DNA of 64,000 nucleotides from a virus: positions 49,660 through 113,659 of the IMG/VR virus record IMGVR_UViG_3300027749_000055; one strand, written 5' to 3'. The notes under the pieces were generated by a model. It was not told the origin of the DNA. It saw only the letters and a list, made by a program, of their open reading frames with translations, and did no database searches. The translations under genes were made by a program, and so were the position numbers. Below, one piece after another: positions 9,827 to 17,368 of this stretch; within the stretch, counting starts at the first letter, position 1; every line of letters begins with the position of its first letter.

Positions 9827-10846
9827 TTAGATAATCGCTGTCCAGAAGTAGCCCAAGTCCTTTGCAACGACCTTGTTGTCGAAGGCGATTTCAGCCTCAA
9901 CACGGTCAGCCTTCAACTCTTCCATACGGAAGCGTGAAACGCCGACAGTCGTTCCCAGACCGCCCGACACACCCGTCCACATAAACGAGTAGCCAGCCGA
10001 GGGGGTCATCAGACCAGGGTTCGGAGCCGTGTAGCAAAGCAGAGCCGCACCCGCACCACCGTTGGTGGCGACGAAGTTGTAGGTCTGCGAGTTGCTGCCT
10101 TCCTTACCCGTGTTCACAACCGACTTGGCGACCAGCACACGGTCTACTCCGAAGAGTTGAGCGAGCAGGTCTTCCGTGACGATTGCGCCCGCTTGCGTAT
10201 ACTTGTAGCGGTCTACGAGCAGCGGGTGGTTCTTCAGGACTTGGAACACCTTGTAGCCAAGGACGAGCGTGTTCGGCTCGTAGCCGGTGTTCTGCAGGAC
10301 GATTGCCTTGGCGACTTCCACGTCCACGATAGGGTTCGACTTGTAAGTCGTCGGGGCAGCCTCGTAGTCAGACCAAGCGTAGGTCTGACTAGCGGTGGGG
10401 TTGGTCGAAGCGTCGGCCACTCCCGTAATGTCGGTTGCCCAGACACCCGTTTGGAAGTAGTCCACTGCCCACTGAACCTCACGACGGAGAAGGAGACGCT
10501 GAGTAACAAACTGCGTAGCCTCCATATCGGGGTTCAAGGGGTTGTCGGCGTTCGCACGGGTCTGGTCGCCAATGTCCTTGTGGAAGGCAAACACGTCAGT
10601 CTGATAGGTGTCCGTGGTCAGACCGTAGCCGGAACCAGCCGAAGCAGTGCCGTCAGCACGACGCTGAGCCTCGTCACGGAACCAATCGTCCTTCGTGTAT
10701 TTGAAGTAGAGGTTCGACTTCTTGTCCACAGGGATAGTCGGGAAGACCTTATCCGCAATGAAGTTGTTGGTGTTCTGCAAATAAGCAACCGAGATGTTGG
10801 TCAGGATTGCGTCAATGTGAACGTTGTTTACGTTGGGTTGTGGCAT
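9827..10846 (-). CDS. Major capsid protein
   Basis: 339 aa; VHIDAILTNISVAYLQ...FIADKVFPTIPV, PNTLVLG; follows cement and scaffold genes. Confidence 0.88.
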   Translation of the reverse strand: MPQPNVNNVHIDAILTNISVAYLQNTNNFIADKVFPTIPVDKKSNLYFKYTKDDWFRDEAQRRADGTASAGSGYGLTTDTYQTDVFAFHKDIGDQTRANADNPLNPDMEATQFVTQRLLLRREVQWAVDYFQTGVWATDITGVADASTNPTASQTYAWSDYEAAPTTYKSNPIVDVEVAKAIVLQNTGYEPNTLVLGYKVFQVLKNHPLLVDRYKYTQAGAIVTEDLLAQLFGVDRVLVAKSVVNTGKEGSNSQTYNFVATNGGAGAALLCYTAPNPGLMTPSAGYSFMWTGVSGGLGTTVGVSRFRMEELKADRVEAEIAFDNKVVAKDLGYFWTAII

Positions 10847-10866
10847 TTTAGATTAGTCCTTTCTGA

Positions 10867-11619
10867 CTATGCCGCACGGCCAGCAGCGGCAGCCGCTACA
10901 GCCATAGTGATAACGTCGCCCTGAATACCCGAAGCGAGAGCCGTTCCGAGAATGTATTGGGTCGAAGACGTGGTGGTCTTTACCGAACCGGCAGAGCCGT
11001 AAGTAACCGTGCTTGCGACAGGGTTGGTAATGGTGAAGGCGTAAGAACCCGACGAACCACTGACGGCACTGATAACGCCCTCGTAGTTCAGCGAGCCAGC
11101 ACCCGTGCCGGTCTGAACAATGCCCGAAACAGCCACGAACTGACCAACCGTGAAAGCAGTGGTCGAGTTAGTGGTGTAGGCAACGGTAGTGCCGCTAGCG
11201 GTTGCACCCGTAATGGTTGCAGTCGTCTGGGCGGCCGCAGACACACCAAACTGTGCAGTGACCGCACGACCCGAAGCGTCAATGGTCAATGCGTCACCAA
11301 CGGTAACGCTGTCGCCAGCGACAATTTTCGAGATACCGGAAATGGTCACTTCAGCCTCCGACACACCCTCAATGTTTCCAGCAGCGTCGAACCAAGCCTT
11401 AGGCTGGTTCTGCAGGATACCGAGGGGACGGTCAGTAGCGACGGTGCAAGCGGTCACGACGTTGCCGGACTCGTTGTAGGACGTAATGCTGGCAGTAGCC
11501 AACTTGACGAACGTGAACTGAGTCTGCAGGTAGGTCGAACCACCAACGACTACGCTTGCGCCAGTAGCGTCTGCGACAGCCGTAATCTTTACAGCGTAGG
11601 GATTTTGCTCGTAAGCCAT
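10867..11619 (-). CDS. Capsid cement/decoration protein with inserted beta-domain
   Basis: PLGILQNQP...VTVGDALTIDASGRAV...ILGTAL pattern; immediately upstream of the capsid gene. Confidence 0.7.
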   Translation of the reverse strand: MAYEQNPYAVKITAVADATGASVVVGGSTYLQTQFTFVKLATASITSYNESGNVVTACTVATDRPLGILQNQPKAWFDAAGNIEGVSEAEVTISGISKIVAGDSVTVGDALTIDASGRAVTAQFGVSAAAQTTATITGATASGTTVAYTTNSTTAFTVGQFVAVSGIVQTGTGAGSLNYEGVISAVSGSSGSYAFTITNPVASTVTYGSAGSVKTTTSSTQYILGTALASGIQGDVITMAVAAAAAGRAA

Positions 11620-11621
11620 TG

Positions 11622-12380
11622 TTATCGTGCCTTCTCGTTCAGGTATTGAACGTAGAGTTTGGGGTTAGCCTGCGAAGCGGCAAGAAGCGCAGCCTCGTAG
11701 GAAGCCGACGTGCCAGAAGCGACGGCAGCCTTAGCGATTCCGTCCAACTTAGCGAAAGCGTCGTCAGCGGCAGGTGCGCTGTCTGAGCCAACTTCAGTGA
11801 AAACGGCGTTTGTGACCAGCAACGAGTTAGCCGAGTCAAGAGCCTTGACGATTTCGTTAGCCAGAACAGCGTCCGACTCCGAAAGACGACGAAGCGCAGG
11901 GCCAACAATCGTAGGGTCAATGTTGAGTTGCGACCACTCGGCAGCCTTGATTACGGCAGCCTCATCAGCACGGGCTTCACGCTCGTTGATGAGGGCTTGC
12001 TCGCTCGCAGCAGCCTTGCGGAGAGCCGCCTCAGCAGTTGCCTTGCTGTCATTCAACATTTTCTTGATGACGCTCGGCATTGCCTTGACGATATCCGCCT
12101 CGTTCGCACTCTCAGGAATCACGACCATTGACGGACGTGGAGAGGTGAAAGACATTTGGAAATCCTCCAAGTTAGTAGGGGTTGGTTGTGCTTTGAAAAC
12201 TCGCTTCGTCGTCTCGACGGGGGCTTGCTTCTTTAAGCGCAGTTCGTCAAGAACTGCTTGAATTTCGGAGGACGTGTTAGCAGACGACTTCATTACAACC
12301 CAACCTTCGTGGAGGTGTGCGGGGTGGTCTACCCCACTCGTCTCCTTGATGTTGAGTTTTTGCAACTTACGTCGTGCCAC
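11622..12380 (-). CDS. Scaffolding protein
   Basis: GTG start after AGGAG; Ala-rich coiled coil; N-terminal KETSGVDHPA...VMKS; C-terminal NPKLYVQY. Confidence 0.7.
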   Translation of the reverse strand: MARRKLQKLNIKETSGVDHPAHLHEGWVVMKSSANTSSEIQAVLDELRLKKQAPVETTKRVFKAQPTPTNLEDFQMSFTSPRPSMVVIPESANEADIVKAMPSVIKKMLNDSKATAEAALRKAAASEQALINEREARADEAAVIKAAEWSQLNIDPTIVGPALRRLSESDAVLANEIVKALDSANSLLVTNAVFTEVGSDSAPAADDAFAKLDGIAKAAVASGTSASYEAALLAASQANPKLYVQYLNEKAR

Positions 12381-12435
12381 TTGTTCTCCTAGAACTAGCA
12401 ACCTTTGAGTTATCTCGAAGGTCTTGACTACTAGA

Positions 12436-12463
12436 AGCGTAAGTGACGTTTTGGAAAAGTCAA
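12436..12463 (-). promoter_or_regulatory. Promoter of scaffold/capsid operon
   Basis: TTGACT, then TTTTCCAAA acgtcact TACGCT on the minus strand. Confidence 0.55.
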
Positions 12464-12504
12464 GGCGTGTGAGTGTGTGCGCCCGAATTCGTTATTTTCT
12501 ATGA

Positions 12505-13314
12505 CTAAAACGGGTCAGGCTCAGCCTTGGCGGGGCAAATGTCTTGGTAGGAACACCACCCGCAGAGGACACTCTCTTTCGGCGGGAAGAAGCCGTCCTC
12601 GTAGCAAGCCTCAACATTCGCCCACGTCTCCTTGACCCGTTGCTCAGCCTGAGCGATATCAGAATCAGTGACGGGCAGGGCGAGTGTCGTGCCGGTCTTG
12701 ACGTAGAGCAACTTCATTTCCTTGGGGCGAATCCCATAGACCTTCTCAATGAGATAGGCGTAAGTCTGCACTCCGTGGAAGGCTTTGGCTTCCCACCCTC
12801 GACGTGGGGGCTTGCCGGTTTTGTAGTCCACAATGGAATACGAGCCGTCGGGCAGAACGTCAAGGCGGTCAATGATTCCTCGAAGACCCCAATCGTCGCC
12901 CATAGAGAAATCCAAACGAATCTCGACTTCTTTGGCAACAACCGTGGTTGGGTCTTCCATTTGATAGTAGTTGCGAATCAACTTCACAATCTCGGCGGCA
13001 AAGTTTTGACGACCCACTGAATCGAGTTCAAGTTCTTCGGCAACCTCGTCGGTCACAAAGATAGGGAAGACCAGACGGAAGAACTCTAGGCAGTTGTCGA
13101 GCGTTCGCTTTTCGGGAGTCTCCATACTTTCTTGAAACATCATCTCCATAACGGCGTGAAAGACCGTGCCACGGAAAGCGTCAATTTTCTTGCCCTCGAC
13201 TCGTTTCTCGACGGAAACGTATTGGTATTGGCGGGGGCAGTTATTGAACTGCGAGATACGAGAGGGGGATAACCCGTCGGGCTTAGGGTGCAGATGAACG
13301 GGGGTTGAATCCAT
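12505..13314 (-). CDS. RecB/Cas4-like PD-(D/E)XK nuclease with Fe-S cysteines
   Basis: LSPSRI...CPRQY, GIIDRLD, IVDYKTG, CGWC...C. Confidence 0.85.
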   Translation of the reverse strand: MDSTPVHLHPKPDGLSPSRISQFNNCPRQYQYVSVEKRVEGKKIDAFRGTVFHAVMEMMFQESMETPEKRTLDNCLEFFRLVFPIFVTDEVAEELELDSVGRQNFAAEIVKLIRNYYQMEDPTTVVAKEVEIRLDFSMGDDWGLRGIIDRLDVLPDGSYSIVDYKTGKPPRRGWEAKAFHGVQTYAYLIEKVYGIRPKEMKLLYVKTGTTLALPVTDSDIAQAEQRVKETWANVEACYEDGFFPPKESVLCGWCSYQDICPAKAEPDPF

Positions 13315-13394
13315 AACGCACACGATAGCAGGACGGTGCGACAAGGTATTGAAACCCTTACAAATATTGGGCTTTCAAAAGTTAGATAAATAAC

Positions 13395-13423
13395 TTGCGT
13401 CTGTTACTCAACTGTGGTAGAGT
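13395..13423 (+). promoter_or_regulatory. Sigma70-like promoter
   Basis: TTGCGT-17-TAGAGT with TGn extended -10. Confidence 0.5.
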
Positions 13424-13429
13424 ATTAGA

Positions 13430-13585
13430 AGAACTAAAGAACCACCCTGCGAAGGCGGGGAGGTGAGCCCGAACACCTTGCAGGGTGGGTCGGGAAGTTG
13501 TGAGCGAGACGGTTAGCCCTAGGAAACGGGAACTCCGGTAAGTAGCACAACGCAGAAGCCTCACCTTCGGGTGGGGCTTTTTTGT
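13430..13585 (+). ncRNA. Candidate structured non-coding RNA (about 150 nt)
   Basis: Own promoter and terminator, nested stems, no credible ORF, opposite strand to flanking genes. Confidence 0.5.
13556..13585 (+). terminator. Intrinsic terminator
   Basis: aagcctcacc TTCG ggtggggctt followed by T tract. Confidence 0.75.
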
Positions 13586-13855
13586 TTACAGGGTGACTAA
13601 GCCGTTGTAGCGACGAGCCTTGCGGAAAATACGGTTGATTTTCTCCGCCGTCTTCATAGCCATAAGCAGGTCACGGACGGTCAGCGAGAAGTCGTAAAAG
13701 GGAACGCCCAGCCCGCCCTCAATGTAGTCGTAGCGAATCAACCGCAGTTGTGCGTGGTCTTTGTCCGAGTAAACGACATACTTGTATTGACCGTCACGGG
13801 CTTCGAGGACGTTAGGGTCAGTTGTCTTCCATTCCAAAGCAGGACGGCGCAACAC
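13586..13855 (-). CDS. Hypothetical protein
   Basis: 89 aa, tiles with neighbouring genes. Confidence 0.55.
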   Translation of the reverse strand: MLRRPALEWKTTDPNVLEARDGQYKYVVYSDKDHAQLRLIRYDYIEGGLGVPFYDFSLTVRDLLMAMKTAEKINRIFRKARRYNGLVTL

Positions 13856-14100
13856 TAGATAGAACCCTCGGCATACTGTGCCAAATGCGACAGGTGTTCC
13901 ATCAGTTCCAACTTGGTAATGTGTTCACCCGCAATGCGGAGAGCCTCGGTGAGACGCTCGTTATCGGCGGCGAGTTGTTCAAGGCTTGTTCTTTGGTTGA
14001 GCGCAATCTGAATAAGACGACCAATATCGGTAGCGTCGTAAGCGTCTTGCGTCACGGACTTCCAAATTCTGTCGGTCAATTCTTGCAAAGGCTGGCTCAT
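13855..14100 (-). CDS. Hypothetical coiled-coil protein
   Basis: Start MSQPLQ after GAGGGAG RBS. Confidence 0.6.
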   Translation of the reverse strand: MSQPLQELTDRIWKSVTQDAYDATDIGRLIQIALNQRTSLEQLAADNERLTEALRIAGEHITKLELMEHLSHLAQYAEGSI

Positions 14101-14153
14101 AATGTCTCCCTCACTAGGGTTGCTTACCCACAGGTTAGCACACAACCTGTGGA

Positions 14154-14531
14154 TTACTGCTGTTCCATAAAGCGAAACCACGTTTCGGGCTTGGCGGGGT
14201 CGGGTTTGTATTCGACGGCGGTTTCACGCCAACACAAAATGCAAACAACAAAGATTTCCCCGTTTTCGTTTGCCTCGGTGGTCTTGACCCGCCAATCGTG
14301 CTGGCATATTTCGGGATTATGACCGCTAACGACTCGAATCATCTTGCGATTGCCGTCACGGGTGATTTTCCCTTGACGTTCAAGGTTCTTGATGACTTCC
14401 TGAACGGTAGAGGTGGAGTTGATTCCAAACGCTTTGCCAATTGCTCGAAGCGATGGTGGATAGCCAAGTTCTTTGTTATGCCAAGCAACGTATCGGACGA
14501 TTTCGTCCCCAGAGCGGGCGGTTAGGTTCAC
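14154..14531 (-). CDS. LexA-type DNA-binding domain plus C-terminal Zn-ribbon; no peptidase domain
   Basis: GYPPSLRAIGKAFGINSTSTVQEVIKNLERQGKI; CQHDW...CILC; only 125 aa. Confidence 0.8.
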   Translation of the reverse strand: MNLTARSGDEIVRYVAWHNKELGYPPSLRAIGKAFGINSTSTVQEVIKNLERQGKITRDGNRKMIRVVSGHNPEICQHDWRVKTTEANENGEIFVVCILCWRETAVEYKPDPAKPETWFRFMEQQ

Positions 14532-14806
14532 GCTTGGAACGTCTCCTTTTCGTGCGATTCGACCAGCAGGTTCTCAATGTAGGTCGGCAAGTCTTTGTCG
14601 GAAATACCAAGGTGAGCCGCCAAGCGTCCAGCCGTGAGGTGAAAAGCGGTGCGATACAAATCCCGCTGTTCGTGAATTTCCTCGATAATTTCCTTTTGAA
14701 CCTGTCCAGCCAGCGACACAAGGTGCAGGCTGTTGGTCAGTTCGGCGTTCGACTTGCTCATTCGCTCGACGGACTCGACCAAAGATTTCACTAAAGACTT
14801 CTTCAC
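14528..14806 (-). CDS. Hypothetical protein
   Basis: 92 aa, 4-bp overlaps with both neighbours. Confidence 0.6.
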   Translation of the reverse strand: MKKSLVKSLVESVERMSKSNAELTNSLHLVSLAGQVQKEIIEEIHEQRDLYRTAFHLTAGRLAAHLGISDKDLPTYIENLLVESHEKETFQA

Positions 14807-15897
14807 TTGCCCTCCTTCATTTTTCCCTTGATGTAGCGAACCAAATCCTTCAAGTAAGCCTTGATGTGCGGGGGCGCAAGCCGTATTGCCTCTTGAAACA
14901 TCTCAACCGCCCTCTTGTCGTTTTCCAACCCAAGATAGCAAAATCCCAAACGCTCATACGGGGCGTAAGAATACAAAACCACATTGGTCGGGAACGAAAC
15001 GTCAGGCGGACACTTCATTCCTGTAATGGCAGTGTAAAACGGAATGGCGTTTGTCCAATCCTCTTTGGTGTAATACAAATCGCCCAAGTCCCACCACGGC
15101 TCAGCGAGGGTCGGGTGGTCGTGGATTGACCGAAGAAGCGACGTAATCCCTTCTTCTATTTTTCCAACTTTGATTTGGCACTTGCCGAGATAGCGATAGA
15201 TATCGGCAATTGGGTATTCTTCGCCGTAGCCCTTAGCGACAAACTCTTCCAAAATCGGCAGGGCTTCTTCGTAGCGTTCAAGGACAATGAGTTCCCGTGC
15301 GTAAAGGAAAAATAAGCGGGGGTAGTGCCCCATAGCCAGAGCCTTCTTCATTACTTCAATATTGCGAAGTGCGCCGTTTTCCGAACCGCCGTCGTGGTCT
15401 ACGACAATTAGCCCCTCTGCCTTTACGGAAACGCCTTTGTCGGTCACAAGAAATTCGTGGATTGGCTCAATCCATCGCAAAGACGGAATTCGTCGTGCTA
15501 CTCGGCTTCCCCAAATCTGCTTGGTGACGTTGCCGTGCTGGTCGTGCGTTCGATTCAAAATACCCCAAATCAACTCCACGTCGGAATTGGAAATATCGGA
15601 CTCTTTAAACTTTTTGAACCATTGAATAGTGAAATCTGGCAGGGTATCCCCTGTGTCGAGCCAGAATGTCCAATCCCCCGTGCATTTTGACAAGGCAAAG
15701 TTTCGGGCGGCGGAGAAATCGTCCACCCACTCAAAATCAAAGACTTGCGCCCCGTAGGATTCGGCAATTGCCTTTGTATCGTCCGTCGAGCCGGTGTCCA
15801 CCACGATTATCTCGTCCGTGAACGAGGTTACGCAGGCAAGCGTCTGCCCAATTACGTCCGCATTATTGCGGGCAATCATATGAAGGGAGAGTTTCAT
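14803..15897 (-). CDS. GT2 glycosyltransferase with C-terminal TPR repeats
   Basis: MKLSLHMIARN, VDTGSTDDT, WVDDFSAARN, IHE; TPR-like helices. Confidence 0.85.
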   Translation of the reverse strand: MKLSLHMIARNNADVIGQTLACVTSFTDEIIVVDTGSTDDTKAIAESYGAQVFDFEWVDDFSAARNFALSKCTGDWTFWLDTGDTLPDFTIQWFKKFKESDISNSDVELIWGILNRTHDQHGNVTKQIWGSRVARRIPSLRWIEPIHEFLVTDKGVSVKAEGLIVVDHDGGSENGALRNIEVMKKALAMGHYPRLFFLYARELIVLERYEEALPILEEFVAKGYGEEYPIADIYRYLGKCQIKVGKIEEGITSLLRSIHDHPTLAEPWWDLGDLYYTKEDWTNAIPFYTAITGMKCPPDVSFPTNVVLYSYAPYERLGFCYLGLENDKRAVEMFQEAIRLAPPHIKAYLKDLVRYIKGKMKEGK

Positions 15898-16058
15898 TGT
15901 TTTTTCGATAAGTATTTTTCCGGCACTAACCCCGTGTAGCGGTGTCCGTTCGCTTGGTGCGGGAAGGGGAACTTGGTTCCGCACATCTGGCAAATGACGT
16001 AAACGGTATTTCCGTTCGCCGTCATCAAAATCCAATTGTGATTACAGTTCCGGCTCAC
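15894..16058 (-). CDS. Small Zn-ribbon protein
   Basis: Not in track; 54 aa MSRNCNHNWILMTANGNTVYVICQMCG..., AGGGAG RBS, stop overlaps the GT2 ATG. Confidence 0.55.
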   Translation of the reverse strand: MSRNCNHNWILMTANGNTVYVICQMCGTKFPFPHQANGHRYTGLVPEKYLSKKQ

Positions 16059-16221
16059 GCATTACTCCCTGAATAAATGTCTCGACGTAGTGCATTGCCC
16101 TGTTCTCGGTGTCGAAGTCTGGCGTGTGAATAACAGCGTGGAATGTCTGGTCGGGGTCTTGGTAGACCTTGACAAAGAATCCCTTGCCCGACCAAATGTG
16201 AATGGTCTGCTTATTTTCCAC
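16042..16221 (-). CDS. Hypothetical protein
   Basis: 59 aa MENKQTIHIWSGKGFFVKVY..., tiles the region. Confidence 0.5.
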   Translation of the reverse strand: MENKQTIHIWSGKGFFVKVYQDPDQTFHAVIHTPDFDTENRAMHYVETFIQGVMREPEL

Positions 16222-16338
16222 GTCGCAGGAACTTTCCGATGAACCACGGCTTCTTCTGACTGGCGGTGTAATCGCTACGCCACTTCGCCCATTTTTTCTT
16301 AGCGTCTTGGGTGCGCTGGTCTTCTCGGAGACTACGGC

Positions 16339-16509
16339 TCACTGCGCCCACACTCGAATAACGACTTGGCAGGGGTCGCCCCCGTCTTCCCATTCTTGCT
16401 CTTCTTCGGTGGTGCTAGGGATACCTTCGTGCGTTCCGCATTGCTGGTCGGAAACCCAACCCTTGCCTACGCCCAAAGCCAGCCATTCGTAAAAGGTCAT
16501 TTCGCTCAT
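16339..16509 (-). CDS. Small hypothetical phage protein
   Basis: 56 aa MSEMTFYEWLALGVGKGWVSDQQCGTHEGIP...GDPC. Confidence 0.6.
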   Translation of the reverse strand: MSEMTFYEWLALGVGKGWVSDQQCGTHEGIPSTTEEEQEWEDGGDPCQVVIRVWAQ

Positions 16510-16551
16510 ACAGCAAGGATAGCCATTTTTGCTAACCCGTGGTGGATATAT

Positions 16552-16968
16552 TTACCAACCGTGACCGCAGCCCCATTGGTCAGGAACGTAATCGGGAACG
16601 CCACCGTGCGCCTGTATGCGACGAGCCACAACGACTTGCTCTTCGGGCGTTGCGTCAGCGGCGTTCCAAGCGAACTCACCACCGCCGAAGCGAATCCAAT
16701 TGTAGTTAGTGATTCCCAAGCCACCGGAATAGAGCGAGCCTTGGACGTGCCAATTCCCGCCTTCCTCGCATTGGTTCACCCGTTCCCACTTAGCCATAAT
16801 CTCAGGCGAGACGAGTGGTGGTGGGGTCGGTGGTGCAACCGTTGTGGTGGTGGCGACGACAGGCACAGTGGTCGTGGCGACGTGAGCCTTACTCGCTAAG
16901 TGATTCGCTGGGAAGACCCCAGCGGTGGCGGTGAGGACTACACAGAGTCCTCGAACCAGCACCCTCAC
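16552..16968 (-). CDS. Secreted Rpf-like (resuscitation-promoting factor) transglycosylase
   Basis: Signal peptide, Thr/Pro linker, WERVNQCEEGGNW...YSGGLG...W...GG...ADATPEEQVVVARR. Confidence 0.85.
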   Translation of the reverse strand: MRVLVRGLCVVLTATAGVFPANHLASKAHVATTTVPVVATTTTVAPPTPPPLVSPEIMAKWERVNQCEEGGNWHVQGSLYSGGLGITNYNWIRFGGGEFAWNAADATPEEQVVVARRIQAHGGVPDYVPDQWGCGHGW

Positions 16969-17066
16969 TTGCCACCAATGCTAAAGGGACACGAACTGCT
17001 ACTTGCGTTAGTGCTGTTCATCACAGACACCTCCTATGGGTAGTGTTGCCCGTAGGCAACCTGATA

Positions 17067-17095
17067 ACTCTAGCCGAACGAACGTTCGGTAGCAA
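17067..17095 (-). promoter_or_regulatory. Promoter with LexA (SOS) box in its spacer
   Basis: TTGCTA-17-TAGAGT; cCGAAC-gaac-GTTCGg at 17074-17089. Confidence 0.6.
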
Positions 17096-17135
17096 GTCCT
17101 TTATGGTTGAGCAAACACCCTTGATTTATAGGGGT

Positions 17136-17366
17136 TTAGTGGCTCAACAAATAGGTCACTTCTCGCTTTAGGCGGTCAGGGGCGGGAGTATAGGCGGGCG
17201 TTTCGGTGAAGTGCTTGACCCCAGCCTTTTGCTTGGCGGGTGTTTCGTGCGATAGGTCGAGAACGTCTAAGAGTTGCGGGAGGGTTGTGACGACCGAGCC
17301 ATCGAGGTTGCGGATATCCCAACTGCGAGTCTTCAGCCAATCCTCGTTCATCAAGTTGTTGTCCAT
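17136..17366 (-). CDS. Hypothetical protein
   Basis: 76 aa, directly after the polyvalent protein gene. Confidence 0.6.
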   Translation of the reverse strand: MDNNLMNEDWLKTRSWDIRNLDGSVVTTLPQLLDVLDLSHETPAKQKAGVKHFTETPAYTPAPDRLKREVTYLLSH

Positions 17367-17368
17367 TT

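Noticed and set aside
12505-13314. Cas4 as evidence of a CRISPR system
   Set aside because: Solo RecB/Cas4-like nucleases are common in phages; no array or other cas genes seen
13430-13585. tRNA gene
   Set aside because: No T-loop GTTCRA or cloverleaf; no tRNA recognised anywhere in the window by eye
16969-17130. c-di-AMP riboswitch upstream of the Rpf gene
   Set aside because: No recognisable ydaO consensus; the space is filled by a promoter and a uORF
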